Of a DNA stretch of 64,000 bases, positions 40,516 through 53,653 are shown piece after piece. The position numbers and the translations under genes are program-made. Below the pieces are notes generated by a model that had not been told where the DNA came from, ran no database searches, and was given only the letters and a program-made list of their open reading frames with translations. This DNA comes from Octopus vulgaris. Its lineage: Eukaryota. Numbering within the stretch: the stretch's first letter is position 1; each line of letters starts with the position of its first letter. The DNA lies in NCBI GenBank assembly GCA_951406725.2, contig OX597834.1:23932001-23996000 (forward strand), written 5' to 3'.

Positions 40516-40775
40516 TGTTATTATGTTAAACTGTCGTATCTCCAAATTTGGCCAAATGCACTATTTTCAATATTTATTTTTGCTTGCAATAGCTGTTTCT
40601 TTTGGTCAAACTATTATTGTATATCCAACTGCTTCAGATGCCAAGATATCAAAAATTGTCAAAGTGGAGTACAACGGTTTTGCTATGGAATGGTGAAACT
40701 ATTTTTCGACTTTCTGCAAAAAGCAACATTTTAGACTTATGACACTTTTGCATAATAGCAACTATATATATAAAT

Positions 40776-40826
<51 letters not shown>

Positions 40827-41165
40827 TATCAGGTCATAAAGAATGAAATGTCCGATTTTCTTATGCAACAAGTTTGATAGTCGTAAACTCTAATGTTTTA
40901 TCCTGACAATTCTTTGTTTTACAACATTGAAGAGTTACATCATCACTTTTTGAAAATGCAATTCATGATGTCTGACTATATTGTGAGTTTTCTCTTGTAA
41001 ATCAATTTTTCTGACTAGTCTCAACAGTCTTACTAAGACAGCTAGTCAACGCACAAGACAGCCATTATGCTCCTCCCCACAAAACACCACCACATGGACT
41101 CTGTTCAGACAAGTAAGAAACAATTATGAACTTTTTTATTACACTTAACCTTATCTTTTAAAAAT

Positions 41166-41213
41166 ATTTTCGATAAGGTTCGTTTCTTCAAGAAGAACCG
41201 AAACATGTAAAAT
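41166..41213 (+). other. Degenerate minimal hammerhead-like motif
   Basis: attt-TCGATAA-ggttc...gaacc-GAAAC-at-GTA-aaat. Confidence 0.45.
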
Positions 41214-41289
41214 TTATCTTATATAGTGGCGTTTTTAAACTTCTTTTTTATAAATATATACCCACTCGTATGCCACCTACACTTTTTAT

Positions 41290-41367
41290 AAATATATGTA
41301 TATAAATATATATATGTGTGTGTGTATATATGTACATATATATATGTGTGTGTGTGTGTATATGTAC

Positions 41368-41401
<34 letters not shown>

Positions 41402-41404
41402 ATG

Positions 41405-41437
<33 letters not shown>

Positions 41438-41578
41438 ATGTACATATATATATATATATATGTGTGTGTGTGTATATGTACATATATATATATATATGTG
41501 TGTGTGTGTATATGTACATATATATATATATGTGTGTGTGTGTATATGTACATATATATATATGTGTGTGTGTGTATA

Positions 41579-41628
<50 letters not shown>

Positions 41629-41651
41629 CATACATACATATACATACACAC

Positions 41652-41699
<48 letters not shown>

Positions 41700-41723
41700 C
41701 ATACATACATACATACATACACA

Positions 41724-41760
<37 letters not shown>
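41290..41760. repeat. (TA)n/(TG)n compound microsatellite
   Basis: Direct reading. Confidence 0.95.
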
Positions 41761-41762
<2 letters not shown>

Positions 41763-42069
41763 CGTGTGTCACGAAGGAGTACAGTTGGATATTATTTGGT
41801 ACAATTGCTTCAACACAATGTAGTTCTCCAAGCGTACAGGTATTTGATTATGCAATTGTTTGTTTGCATAATGCAATCTAGTTGTGTTTCCCCTGGCGAT
41901 ATATGAGTGTTGTCTCTGTTAGTTTAAAATCATTGAATTCAAGGCCATCTCCTCTGTTTGTTATGGTTTGAATTTAGTAGCAGCTTTTAGACCCATGGTG
42001 TGTGCCGCGAGAACATGTTTGCTAGACTGCTATGAATGGTAGTAGATGATACTGAAATGCCAGCCAGTA

Positions 42070-42131
42070 ACATATACATATATATACACACACACATATA
42101 TATACAGATATATATACACACACACACACAC

Positions 42132-42170
<39 letters not shown>

Positions 42171-42239
42171 TATATACACACACACACACATATATATATA
42201 CAGATATATATATACAGATATAAATATATATATATAAAT

Positions 42240-42278
<39 letters not shown>

Positions 42279-42433
42279 CATACATATACAAACATATATA
42301 TATAAATACACACATATACAAACATATATATATATAAATACACACATATACAAACATATATATATATATATATATAAATACACACACATATACAAACATA
42401 TACAAACATATATATATATATATAAATACACAC

Positions 42434-42465
<32 letters not shown>

Positions 42466-42608
42466 ATACATATACAAACATATATATATATATATATAAA
42501 TATATACATATAGACATATACATATATAAATATATATACATATAGACATATACATATATATATACAAATATATATACACACACACACATATATATACACA
42601 TACATATG

Positions 42609-42648
<40 letters not shown>

Positions 42649-42654
42649 CATATG

Positions 42655-42699
<45 letters not shown>

Positions 42700-42800
42700 A
42701 TATATATATATATACACATACATATGTATGTGTATATATATATATATACACATACATATGTATGTGTATATATATATATATATATATACACATACATATG

Positions 42801-42838
<38 letters not shown>

Positions 42839-42882
42839 CATGTATGTGTATATATATATATATATATATACACATACATATG

Positions 42883-42927
<45 letters not shown>
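42070..42927. repeat. (TA)n/(CA)n compound array with palindromic 22-bp units in the distal part
   Basis: tacacatacatatgtatgtgta is repeated from ~42594 to ~42890. Confidence 0.95.
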
Positions 42928-42929
<2 letters not shown>

Positions 42930-43152
42930 TATGAGGTATGGACTTGTACAAAGTTTGAATTGTTTCAGCTAAAAGAGTCTCCAGTTCTTGTAGTGATGAT
43001 GGTGGAGGATATCAAGTCACTTGTTTTTCTAAAATGCACCATAAATGTTCAATGATATTGAGATCTGGGGACTGTGGTGGCCAGATATGATGTTCCACTC
43101 CACCAGAATGTTCCTCGTGCCATTCAGTAATAACTTTAGCTGTGTGAATTGA
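42928..43152 (-). mobile_element. Tc1 (DD34E-type) transposase 3' fragment
   Basis: Minus strand IHTAKVITEWHEEH....[24 protein letters not shown]...LYKSIPHRI. Confidence 0.85.
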
Positions 43153-43185
43153 GCAAGCTTACAGAAATTCATAAAAATTTAGTTA

Positions 43186-43245
43186 TCCCTGTATCGGTCC
43201 GATTTCTGGATTAATCCAAAAGCATTTTCCCTTCATCAGTGTGGA
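43186..43245 (-). other. Hammerhead-like motif in probable Penelope-type terminal repeat
   Basis: Minus strand reads tccaca-CTGATGA-aggg...cca-GAAA-tcgg-a-ccga-TA-caggga. Confidence 0.5.
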
Positions 43246-43550
43246 AAGCAATAAAAATAAATGAAATACATATATATACCTATAGAAAAGCAGACATGTG
43301 TAATAAAAATAGTAAAAATATCTAATGTGGTTAGACGATTTAGCATCTATTTTCAGCATATTCGCAAAGAAAATTTTTTTCTTTTGCCCTTATTTATCAT
43401 CATCAAATCAAAACAGCATGGATTTTCCTTCCAGCGGATATCTTATTTATAATTGTGTTTATAATTTCACCTTAAAAGGTATTTTTTTATATGCTGGCCA
43501 CTGATAAAATTTTTTAAAAAATGTTATCCTTATATTAGAAGTGAATGTGC

Positions 43551-43582
<32 letters not shown>

Positions 43583-44531
43583 GAGTGTGTATCTATATAT
43601 GGTTAATGACTATAGTGTGTATGATAAGGTTATTGGTGTGCGTGCAATCATATTGACACACATATGAGTCATTGTGTTTACATCTCCACTTAATAAACAA
43701 TGTTGTTTAAATAACAGAGCAGTCTGCCAACTGTTAAATTACATATGGGAATAACGGACTCACAAATCAACAGCCTCCCAACAGTAGGATGAAGGGAGGT
43801 ACATGTATAATTAAATATATATGTGTGCGTATGTATACAGACATGGCTGTGGTTAAAAGAGTTCATTTTGTGACTCTGTAGTTCTGAGTGAGATATTAGT
43901 GTGTAACATCTTAACCAAGTTTTAGATTGATCAATATTTTGTGAGGGGAATTTAGGGGAGAATCACTGTGGAGGCATGTCATTTTGTGGAGGCATGTATG
44001 TGTGTTTCTGATATTACAAATATCATATTGTGTGTGTGTGTGTGTGTGTATTTTTGTGCATGTGTGTGTGTGTCTCTGTCCATGTGTGTGTGAGTGTATG
44101 TGTGTGTGTGTGTGGTGTGCCAGACTCTATTGGCCCTTGTGTTGACCCTACTTTGCAACCATCAACAAGTGACTCCCTATGTGAGAGTATTTCAATTAAC
44201 TTTGAACTTAATCAAGTATCTGGAAGATTTATCCTCATTAAATAATTGAAAATTCTTTATTTCTTTATTGATGAATTGATTGATGAGATATATTGGTTTC
44301 AAACTTTGGTACAAAGCCAGTAATTTCAGGGTCGACTAAGTCAACATACTCTCTGTCACAAGTGTGTTCCTTACACTGAAAGTTTTAAAACTTAGGGATG
44401 AAAGCAAAGTCGTCCTTGATGGAATTTAAACTCAGAATGTAAAGACGGACTAAATACTAAGCATTTTGCACGGGATGCTAATGATTTTGCCAGCTCACTG
44501 CCTTATTGATGAGAAATATTTAACCTTGGTG

Positions 44532-44898
44532 AACCACTCTGTGAGTGTAGTGGGTGCTTTTTACCGGCACAGGTGCCAGACGAGGCTGGCAAACGGCCAC
44601 AATTGCATGGTGCTTTTTACATGCCACCGGCACAAGGCCAGCCGGGGCGGTGCTGGCAACGGCTATGTTCGGATGGTTCTCTTACGTACCACCGACACTG
44701 GTATCACAGCTGCTGGTTCTCTTACATACCACCGGCACTGGTATCACAGCGGCGTTAGGAAGGGTATCCAGCCGTAGAAACATTACCAGATCAGACTGGG
44801 CCTGGTGCAGCCTTCTGGCTTCCCAGACCCCAGTTGAACCGTCCAACCCATGCTAGCATGGAAAGCGGACGCTAAACGAAGATGATACTGATGATGAT
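44532..44898 (+). mobile_element. RTE-family copy with 5' inversion
   Basis: 44532-44750 is antisense. 44751-44898 is sense and ends in (gat)n. Confidence 0.85.
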
Positions 44899-46046
44899 GT
44901 TGGTCTTTGGAAGACTAAGAGAACAAAAGACTTAATACTTGGTAAATTCTCACGTTAATGTTTATGTCATGTTTTGAGAATTTGAATTTTAACTAATATA
45001 TTCAATATAAGTGCTCACAGGTGGTGACACTAGCATGCAAATATGACAAAGATATATCAGGTATGATGGTGTGTTGGGAGGGAGAAAGGATAGGGGTTAG
45101 TATGAAAAACTAATTAACAATTTCATGAATATTTCTCATTAAAAACATAGACCCAGAAAAGTTTGTTTCAATTAATTTAGAAAATAATTAACAATTTGAT
45201 AAGATTTATTCAAATAATAAATTAAATTGATGTTAGGAAGATTATTTAATGAAATTATGAACAAAGATTTTAATTTTGATATAAGCATTTTAAAAACAGA
45301 GTTGTCATAGTTGAATTGTTAATGAAAGGTTTTAATTATTGTCATAACGAGACATTGTTAGTGATACAGTAGGACAGGCTGTGATCTCCATATAAAAAGA
45401 ATAAGCGGAAGGGATTACATGGGAAGGGGTTGTGGGATTGTATGAAAACAGTCATTACAGGGTGGGCAGGTAAGTAGAGGTGAGGTGGGTATGAGATTAT
45501 TGTATTAAATCAGAATAATACAGACTAATGATTACAGGTGAATGTGACATGTAAATTGCTTTAAACCAATTATAATAGAGAGGGCAGGTGATTACAGGTG
45601 ATGGGGATATTATAACTGTAATTTAAACAATTTTAACATTAATGACAGGTGATTACTGGTGACAGAGAGATAAAAGTGATTTTACCTGAGACCTGCTCAT
45701 TGCATTGTAGTTCATATCAATCTCCTAAATGTCCTCCCAGGACACTGTGGTACCAGTTCACTAATTCTCTGTATATATGTGTAAATATTTATCTGCTGGC
45801 AGATACTCCTAACATCTGGAAATACACAGATTGAATGTATTAATTAGTATAAATATTAATAACATATTAATTGGCATAAACAACATATTAATTAGTGCAA
45901 ACAACATATTCATTAGTATAAATCAAGATAAACTACAAACAACAGCAACATCACCAACAAGAATAACAAGATGGCAAGGAAGCCTTTATGTGGGCATTCA
46001 ATCAGCAAAAAATAGCAACTAAATCTCCTTCAAAACTTATGAGACT

Positions 46047-46340
46047 TCATCATCATCATCATCATCATCTTCGTTTAGTGTCCGCTTTCCATGCTAGCAT
46101 GGGTTGGATGGTTCAACTGGGGTCTGGGAAGCCAGAAGGCTGCACCAGGCCTAGTCTGATTTGGCAATGTTTCTACGGCTGGATGCCCTTCCTAATGCCG
46201 ACCACTCCGTGAGTGTAGTGGGTGCTTTTTACGTGCCAGACGAGGCTGGCAAACAGCCACAATCGGATGGTGCTTTTTATTTTTACGTGCCACCGACACG
46301 AGGCCAGTCGGGGCGGCGTAAGGCCAGTCGGGGCTGGTAT
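46047..46340 (-). mobile_element. RTE-family tail copy
   Basis: (cat)n tail plus the conserved body. Confidence 0.85.
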
Positions 46341-47734
46341 CTACAGGATGACTAGGTTTAAAAACATCAGCTAAAATTATTAATAATTTCTCATATTATT
46401 GAAATTATCATTATTAATATTGAAGGAATTGTTTCTGCTTCCAGACCCTCCTTCTCCCCATCTTAGTTACCTTTATTTTGATATTTATACTTCATTAGTT
46501 TCTCCATTTAACAACAAACAAAAAGCAATGAGGGCATGGGCCTCTGTGGAGGTATTTTAATTTGCTGAATAGAGCAGTCAAATCTCACTCAAATAAAACC
46601 TTTCCATTTAGGAATACAAAGACCACTTTAGGTAATGTAGTCTGAAGCAGACACACTGAGTCTAAATAAATGGCAAGGTGGTCATGGCTGGGATTGGAAT
46701 GACTCCAATTATAGATCTTCAAGATCAGAGTTAATATTTAGTATGTGTGCAGAGGGTGGCGGTGAAAAAAAATCTACATCAGATATATAACTAGTTATGT
46801 TACACATAAAATATACACTACTACCACCATCACTGCAACAACAACCATTACCATCATAATCACTGACATCATCACTAACACAACCACTACCACCACAACT
46901 AACAATACTACCATCGACAGCAACAACCACACGGCCACAGCCATCTCAATGATAACCACCATCACCAGCATGACACCACCATGACCGCAACCACAGAACT
47001 ATAGATCACAAGACAGCAGCATGTTTAATTAAATCATTATCTCGTTATGAAGAGAGTGACGAGTCACAGATTAAAAACCTGCAGTGTAGAGGTCCAAACT
47101 GATCTGTATAAAAGGTCAAACATTAGCTAGTGATTGATTGTTTAATAGAAGTGGTGGCGGGGATAAACAGAGCTAGTGGTCAGTTGCCTGTAGTAGTACA
47201 TTTATCTCTCTCACTGGCTAGCTTAGTAATTGGTTAGTTCTGTATACTCAGTCTCCTCTCTTTCTTTAGCCATTTGTATCAAACCATCTGGTCAGTTTCA
47301 CTCTCTCTCTCTCTCTTCAATTTTCATACAAACTAATCAGCTGGTATCTCCCTCAATCAAACCAGTTTGTCAGTCCTAACTACCACAGCTCTCCCCCCTC
47401 TCTTCTGGTTATCATAACTGCTCAGACAGCCCAACTTGATGGTGGAAGTGGTAGTGGACACAGCAAGCCCATGTGGTCAAGATATTCAATTTAGAACCAT
47501 CTAGTTCTGGATTTTCGTCCCACTTGAGTTGAGAGAAATAACCCAGAGTGGCCAATGACATGATGTATTCCAACAACAACAAATAAAGGTTTATTAAAAA
47601 ACAAATACCATACAAGATAAAAGTGTATTAAATACCATACAAAAGAAAGGGTGATTTACAACTATTACGCTGCTGTCACAGCCTCCACCATCTTTCTTTT
47701 CCAGACAGAATTTTGCCTAATAGACACACACACA

Positions 47735-47945
47735 CACGTGGACAATTGCAATTTTTTTCCCTCCTTCTTCCTTTTCCTTTGAACTTTCCTATGTTTCCTG
47801 TTTCCAAAGAAGAGCTATGCTCAAAATGTAAAACAATCACTCTTTTCCTTCTCTGAGCATCTTATTAATACTTTGCATGTGCTACATCCTCACGTTTTTT
47901 TTTCTTGTTGTCTTTTTCTCCATTTTTTTCAAAATTAATTATATA
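47735..47945 (+). mobile_element. Older copy of the Penelope-type terminal repeat seen at 49000-49215
   Basis: tgttt-CCAAAGA-a-gagc(tat)gctc-AAAAT-GTA-aaaca is a decayed hammerhead; downstream sequence is similar. Confidence 0.5.
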
Positions 47946-47946
47946 A

Positions 47947-48333
47947 GAGCAAAGACTGGTAACGGCTCAAAGAGCCATGGAAAGGTCAATGCTTGGTATC
48001 TCGTTGAGAGAGCACATAAATAACAAGATCATCAGAAAGAAGTCTGGCGTGAGAGATGTCATCGCAGAGTATACTCGCAGCAAGTATAGATGGGCTGGAC
48101 ACGTCGCCTGGCTCACCGATAATCGGTGGACGCACGCAGTTGCCGAGTGATACCCGCGTGAGCGGAAAAGACCACCCGGAAGACCTCCACGACGGTGGAG
48201 TGACGATTTCAAGAGGACGATTGGGATCACGTGGATGAGAAAGGTGCGATCCAGAGAGGAGTGGACAGCGTGCTGTGACCAGCGGTGTCAAATGGACGCC
48301 TGACGGACTGGTTGGTCAAAGTGATCAAAGTGA
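47947..48333 (+). mobile_element. RTE-clade LINE 3' end (third family, CpG-rich)
   Basis: QRAMERSMLGISLREHI....RWAGHVA...DNRWT....YPRERKRPPGRPPRRWSDD with one stop, ending in aaagtgat twice. Confidence 0.9.
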
Positions 48334-48349
48334 TATATATATATATATA

Positions 48350-48548
48350 CTCTTTTACTTGTTTCAGTCATGTGACTGTGGCCATGCTGGAGCACCACCT
48401 TTAGTCGAGCAAATCGACCCCAGGAGTTATTCTTTGTAAGCCTAGTACTTATTCTTTTGGTCTCTTTTGCTGAACTGCTAAGTTTCCGTCTACCAAATCC
48501 ACTCAGAAGGCTTTGATTGGTCCAAGGCTATAGTAGAAGACACTTGCC
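48350..48548 (-). mobile_element. SINE A with internal deletion
   Basis: Reverse-complement tail joined to the body. Confidence 0.8.
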
Positions 48549-48967
48549 AATATATATATAAATATGTATATATTTCAAAAATAACTATCTACCTTGAACT
48601 TAGAATTGGTGTGGATGAATGAGGTAATGTTTTGAAGAGAATAACATGAGCCAACTAGTCAGCTGCCAAATTTAAATTAATAACGCCGCCCCCCCTCAAG
48701 TTTTGAGTTTAACATTCAAGTTATATAAATTAATTTTTAAAATTTATTTAATTTGCATGTTAAACTCGAAACTATAGTACACTATTTAACCACGGTAATT
48801 TTGAAATAAACTTTTATTCATCTTGCCCACTTATTACAGCTATTTCATATCAAGGCAAATCATGGATGTTTATTTGAACATCTATTTTCAACATCTAAGG
48901 AAGTAGTTTTCACTGTCTTCCTCTTTCTCTCTCTCTCTTTATATATATATAAACGATGATGATGATG

Positions 48968-48999
<32 letters not shown>

Positions 49000-49003
<4 letters not shown>

Positions 49004-49215
49004 ATCCAAATATAAAAACACAAAGAGAAAACACAACAACGCGGGGACGTGGAACAAGTATAGTGTTATTGGACGCTCAGGAAAGGAAGGAAAGAAGGAG
49101 GATTTAATGTTTCGAGCGGAGCTCTTCGTCAGAAACATAGGAAAAGGAAAGATCCAGAGAAGGGAAGACAGAGGAAAAAAAAAATCGCCAACGGTACACA
49201 TGCGGTCACATACAT
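49000..49215 (-). mobile_element. Penelope-type terminal repeat with minimal hammerhead motif
   Basis: Adjacent to (TA)n. Minus strand reads gttt-CTGACGA-a-gagc(tcc)gctc-GAAAC-ATT-aaat at 49102-49136. Confidence 0.65.
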
Positions 49216-49845
49216 ATACAGTGAGAGAAAGAGAGAGAGAGAGAGAAAACATTTCACACTGAAAGTTTCTATGATGGTTATTTGTATCTATACCCTCTGT
49301 AGGTGTTTAGATTTATGGCATAGGAATAGATAATGGATATGTAGATAAGAACAGCATCATCTTTAAACATCTGTTTTGCTTGTTGGCAGGGGTTGGATGG
49401 TATGACAGGAGGTGGCTTTGTGTTGAATGATGAGGGGTCAAATATGAGAGAGGGACAGAAACAAATGTGTTGCTGTAGAAGAGATACACGGTACCCCAGG
49501 TGGAAGTGTAAGGAAGGAGAGCAAGAAGATAATGCAAATATGTTGGGGGTGTACCCTCAAGTTACAAGGAGGTGTATATAAATGGTACTGAGGACTAGAG
49601 AAGGTGTGAGAGTAGGCAAGTTTGCAAGAGTGTGAAAAAAGAGTGGAAGATATATGGTGGGTGGTGGGGTATTGCAGTGACTGAACCTAGGTGGAGGGAA
49701 GAGGGGTGTTATGAAGATGAATTATAAGGGAGAGATTTGTCAAGGACAGATTGTGTGCAGGGGAAATCCACATGTGACAATTGCATTTTATCAGACATAA
49801 GTGTACTTTGGACTACATTCATCAATGTGTCCCAATATATATATA

Positions 49846-50145
49846 TGGGCAAGTGTCTTCTACTATAGCCTCGGGCCGACCAAAGCCTTGTGAGTGGATT
49901 TGTTAGACGGAAACTGAAAGAAGCCCATCATATATATGTATGTATGTATGTGTGTGTATATGTTTGTGTGTCTGTGTTTGTACCCCCCAACATCGCTTGA
50001 CAACCGATGCTGGTGTGCTTACGTCCCCGTAACTTAGCGGTTCGGCAAAAGAGACCGATGGAATAAGTACTAGGCTTACAAAGAATAACTCCTGGGGTCG
50101 ATTTGCTTGACTAGAGGTGGTGCTCCAGCATGGCCACAGTCACAT
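49846..50145 (+). mobile_element. SINE A, 5' truncated
   Basis: Body and tail match the family. Confidence 0.85.
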
Positions 50146-50759
50146 GTGTCCCTGCTTGTCGGAAGGAAGAAACACAAACATCAAATACAAGTTTATACAT
50201 CCAATTTAATAAAATTTTTTTAAAGCTGGTGGGCTGAGATTTGAAGGTAATTTGGTTGCTGTTTTTAGCAGGTTTATGGCTAGGTAGAAGCCCCTCTAGG
50301 TTCCATATAGCTTTAGTTATATTGTTTGTCTCATACCACTCTCTTTTTCACGCTCACTCACTTAGTCCAGTCTCTCTTTCTCTCTCTCCCTCACCCCACC
50401 ATAAACCAAATCAATAGCTGATATTCACACAAGACATGTCTATTGTAGTCAATGCAGAGTTCACTCAGTGGGAAAGAGAGAAATATAAAAACCAAAAAAC
50501 AAAACTACTTCACCTACTTCCATCCCTTCAGTATATATTATCTCCTCAGTGAGATGGTGGAGATGGAGATACATGAAATATTTTGTATAATATATATAAA
50601 TAAATAAATGGAGTGTATAATAAATAAATAAATAAATCTTTGAAACATGTGTCGGAAGTAAAAGAATTTGAATAACACCCGCGTTTAGCTACATTTATAT
50701 ATATATATATTACATCATATATGCTCAAGCACAACAACAGGCCTTGTTGGATTCCCAGC

Positions 50760-51200
50760 AATCCTCCTAAAGAAATACAAAGGGGCTCTAGTTAGACCAT
50801 TTCAGATTCTCTTCCAGAGCTTCCTCACCACAGGGAGACTTCCCAAAAAGTTGAAGAAAGGCATTACATGCCCTATCCCTAAGGGAAGTAGCAGAGCAGA
50901 TGCTAAGAATTATAGACCTGTCTCTCTCAGTGTAAAATTAACAGCGGACCTTGAAGCAATCCAGTGAAGCTTCATAAACAAGGTTATCTCTTTGCAACAG
51001 CTCAGCTACTTGGAAAGACTGAAACAGCTAAGACTCTACTCCCTGGAGTGAAGGTGGGAGTGGTATGCAGTAATACACAGAAGGAATAGTGCCAAATTTT
51101 GGCATTGAAAGCTACACCAATGCCAAAACGTGTTGACATTGCATAGTGCCAAAGATCCCAGCAATGCCACTGCACTTCAGGACCAGTTACTGAAACAGTG
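50760..51200 (+). mobile_element. CR1-like LINE fragments
   Basis: CPIPKG.SRADAKNYRPVSL and LSYLERLKQLRLYSLE motifs. Confidence 0.75.
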
Positions 51201-51344
51201 AAAGTCCAAGAAAGGCATAATTCAGTTTTACATACAAAAATGATTTATTTTACAATTTTGAAATGAATGCTGAACAAAGTGTATAGAAAGAAATATGTTG
51301 CAGTTGTGAATGCTAATTCAAAGCATTTGCTGAAGGATGTATAC

Positions 51345-51557
51345 TCTTTACTCTTTTACTTGTTTCAGTCATTTGACTGTGGCCATGCTGGAGCACTGCC
51401 TTTAGTCGAGCAAATCGACCCCGGGACTTATTCTTTGTAAGCCCAGTACTTATTCAATCGGTCTGTTTTGCCGAACCGCTAAGTGACGGGGACGTAAACA
51501 CACCAGCACCAGTTGTCAAACAATGCTAGAGGGACAAACACAGACACACAAACATAT

Positions 51558-51588
<31 letters not shown>

Positions 51589-51740
51589 CACATATATACG
51601 ACAGGCTTCTTTCAGTTTCCGTCTACCAAATCCACTCACAAGGCTTTGGTCGGCCCGAGGCTATAGCAGAAGACACTTGCCCAAGATGCCATGCAGTGGG
51701 ACTGAACCCGGAACCATGTGGTTGGTTAGCAAGCTACTTA
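51345..51740 (-). mobile_element. SINE A, full length
   Basis: Reverse complement matches 3268-3690. Confidence 0.9.
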
Positions 51741-52145
51741 CCACACAGCCACTCCTGCACCTTGTATGTAGCAAGATATAAATTAACTCGACATGACTAT
51801 ATATTTTTTAACAGTGTAACATTATAGGCTGTAGAATGAATACTGACTAATGCAGTAAAAAGGTTGTGCATCATTAATATCTCACAGTGATGAAACAGCA
51901 TAGAGGGAATATGATAAGGACTGTTTAAAAAATCATTATCTTCAAACTGGTTAGAAGGAGTAGAATAACATTTCTGTAATTATATTGAAAGAACCACTGA
52001 GGTTTTCTACTTCACCAAGTTTCTGAATTTGTTACAATAACCAGAATAACACTTTTTTCAGATATATTTGCAAGTATTGAGCGCTGTCAAATCAGCCAGA
52101 TTTTCGTGTTGGTAGTACTTCAAACCCTAACTGTTGTTTGTTTAA

Positions 52146-52366
52146 CCCTTTAGTGTTCGCATTATTCTGCCAAAATTAATGCTTTTTCATCCAGATTGTT
52201 TTGAACTAATCATGCTTTATCTTGTAGCTATGAGATTTTGATGAGGTCGCTGTTAATTTTTAAAATGATATTGTAGGGTTGGTGTGAGAGACCAGATCTG
52301 GCCAGTTTGAACATAAAACAGGCAGAATACTTTTGGCCGGATATGGCCGGTTTAAATGCTAAAGGG
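52146..52366. mobile_element. piggyBac-type MITE (second family)
   Basis: TTAA at 52142-52145 and 52367-52370. TIRs are ccctttag and ctaaaggg. Confidence 0.75.
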
Positions 52367-53421
52367 TTAAAGTCCAGGCCACAACTAAACTAAACTGTTT
52401 CAAAATTGGCGCATTTCACTGTTTGCAGGTGGGGAGTCACATACATATACTAAGACACACACACACACAGACATGCATTAATGCACACCTCAAGCCTATC
52501 TCTGTCCCTGATTGTGTCTGTCTGTCTGTCTTTAGATGTGCATGTGTGTGTGTGTCAGTCATCACAAAAATGTATATATACTGACAGACACATACACCAT
52601 CACACACATATACTTGTCAGTCATCGGTCTAACGTACATCACAAATGTGCAAACACACTCATAGAAAATGTGATGTCATCGTCATCATGGTGGTGGTATA
52701 AAATGTTGTTTACAATAGGTGGCTAAAAGAAAAATTATAATATTTTTGTAATGCAAATATGTGAAAGAAAAAGTTTAGTTGGTAGCTGAAAGTTTACTGA
52801 ATCTTTTGATACCCCATAAGTCAAAGTCAGCAACTTGGTTTTTGAAAGCATAAGGAACATACGCACACACACAAACTCTTTATACAAACTATATATATAT
52901 GCACATATACATATCCTACATATATATACATATCTTGCACATATACATACATATTTAAATAAGAAGGGTAAAAATTTAATATTAATTTAATTAATATCAA
53001 TTTAAACCAATATTATATACATACAACAACACCACCGCCATCACCACCCTCACAATGTAGCATTAGTGCTTCTATGTGGTCGTGTGACCTGCTAGAAATA
53101 GCAGCTAAATCTCCCTCAAACCATACCCATCAGTCTTAAAAGAATGGAAAGAGACACTGGATAGTGAGGTTCCTAATATACGATAAAGCAAGATGATCAT
53201 GGGTAGAATGCTTTTGATCATAAATGTACTCAAGTTGTGATAACCTGGGGCTAAACAACAACAACAATAATAACATGGCTTTTGAGTTAAAGCAAAAATC
53301 TTCAATATGGTTAGTTGACCTGCTAAAAATATTAACCAAATCTTCAATTCAGACCACACCATCTTGAAGTGAAAAACAGGCAGATGTAGCCATGAACATT
53401 TAATCCTAGATACACTCATAC

Positions 53422-53653
53422 TTGTTTCTTTACTACCCACAAGGGGATAAACACAGAGGGGACAAACAAGGACAGACAAACGGATTAAGTCGATTACATC
53501 GACCCCAGTGTGTAACTGGTACTTAATTTATCGACCCCAAAAGGATGAAAGACAAAGTCGACCTTGGCGGAATTTGAACTCACATCGTTATGGCAGACGT
53601 AATACTGCTACGCATTTCGCCCGGCGTGCTAACGTTTCTGCCAGCTTGCCGCC
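53422..53653 (-). mobile_element. SINE family B with TSD
   Basis: cctagatacactcatac on both sides (53405-53421 and 53652-53668). Confidence 0.9.

Noticed and set aside
41219-43055. Long ORFs of 120-309 aa (also at 11253-11807, 20655-21091, 22066-22702 and 59540-60295)
   Set aside because: They are translations of (TA)n/(CA)n/(TG)n repeats that lack stops by composition.
49300-49790. Possible Neptune-like Penelope coding remnants (also 23090-23290 and 54290-54530)
   Set aside because: Only a vague motif resemblance across many frameshifts; it cannot be supported without an alignment.
50642-50658. GAAAC-atgt-GTC hammerhead 3' half
   Set aside because: No recognisable CUGANGA box or stem II upstream, so it is too degenerate to count.
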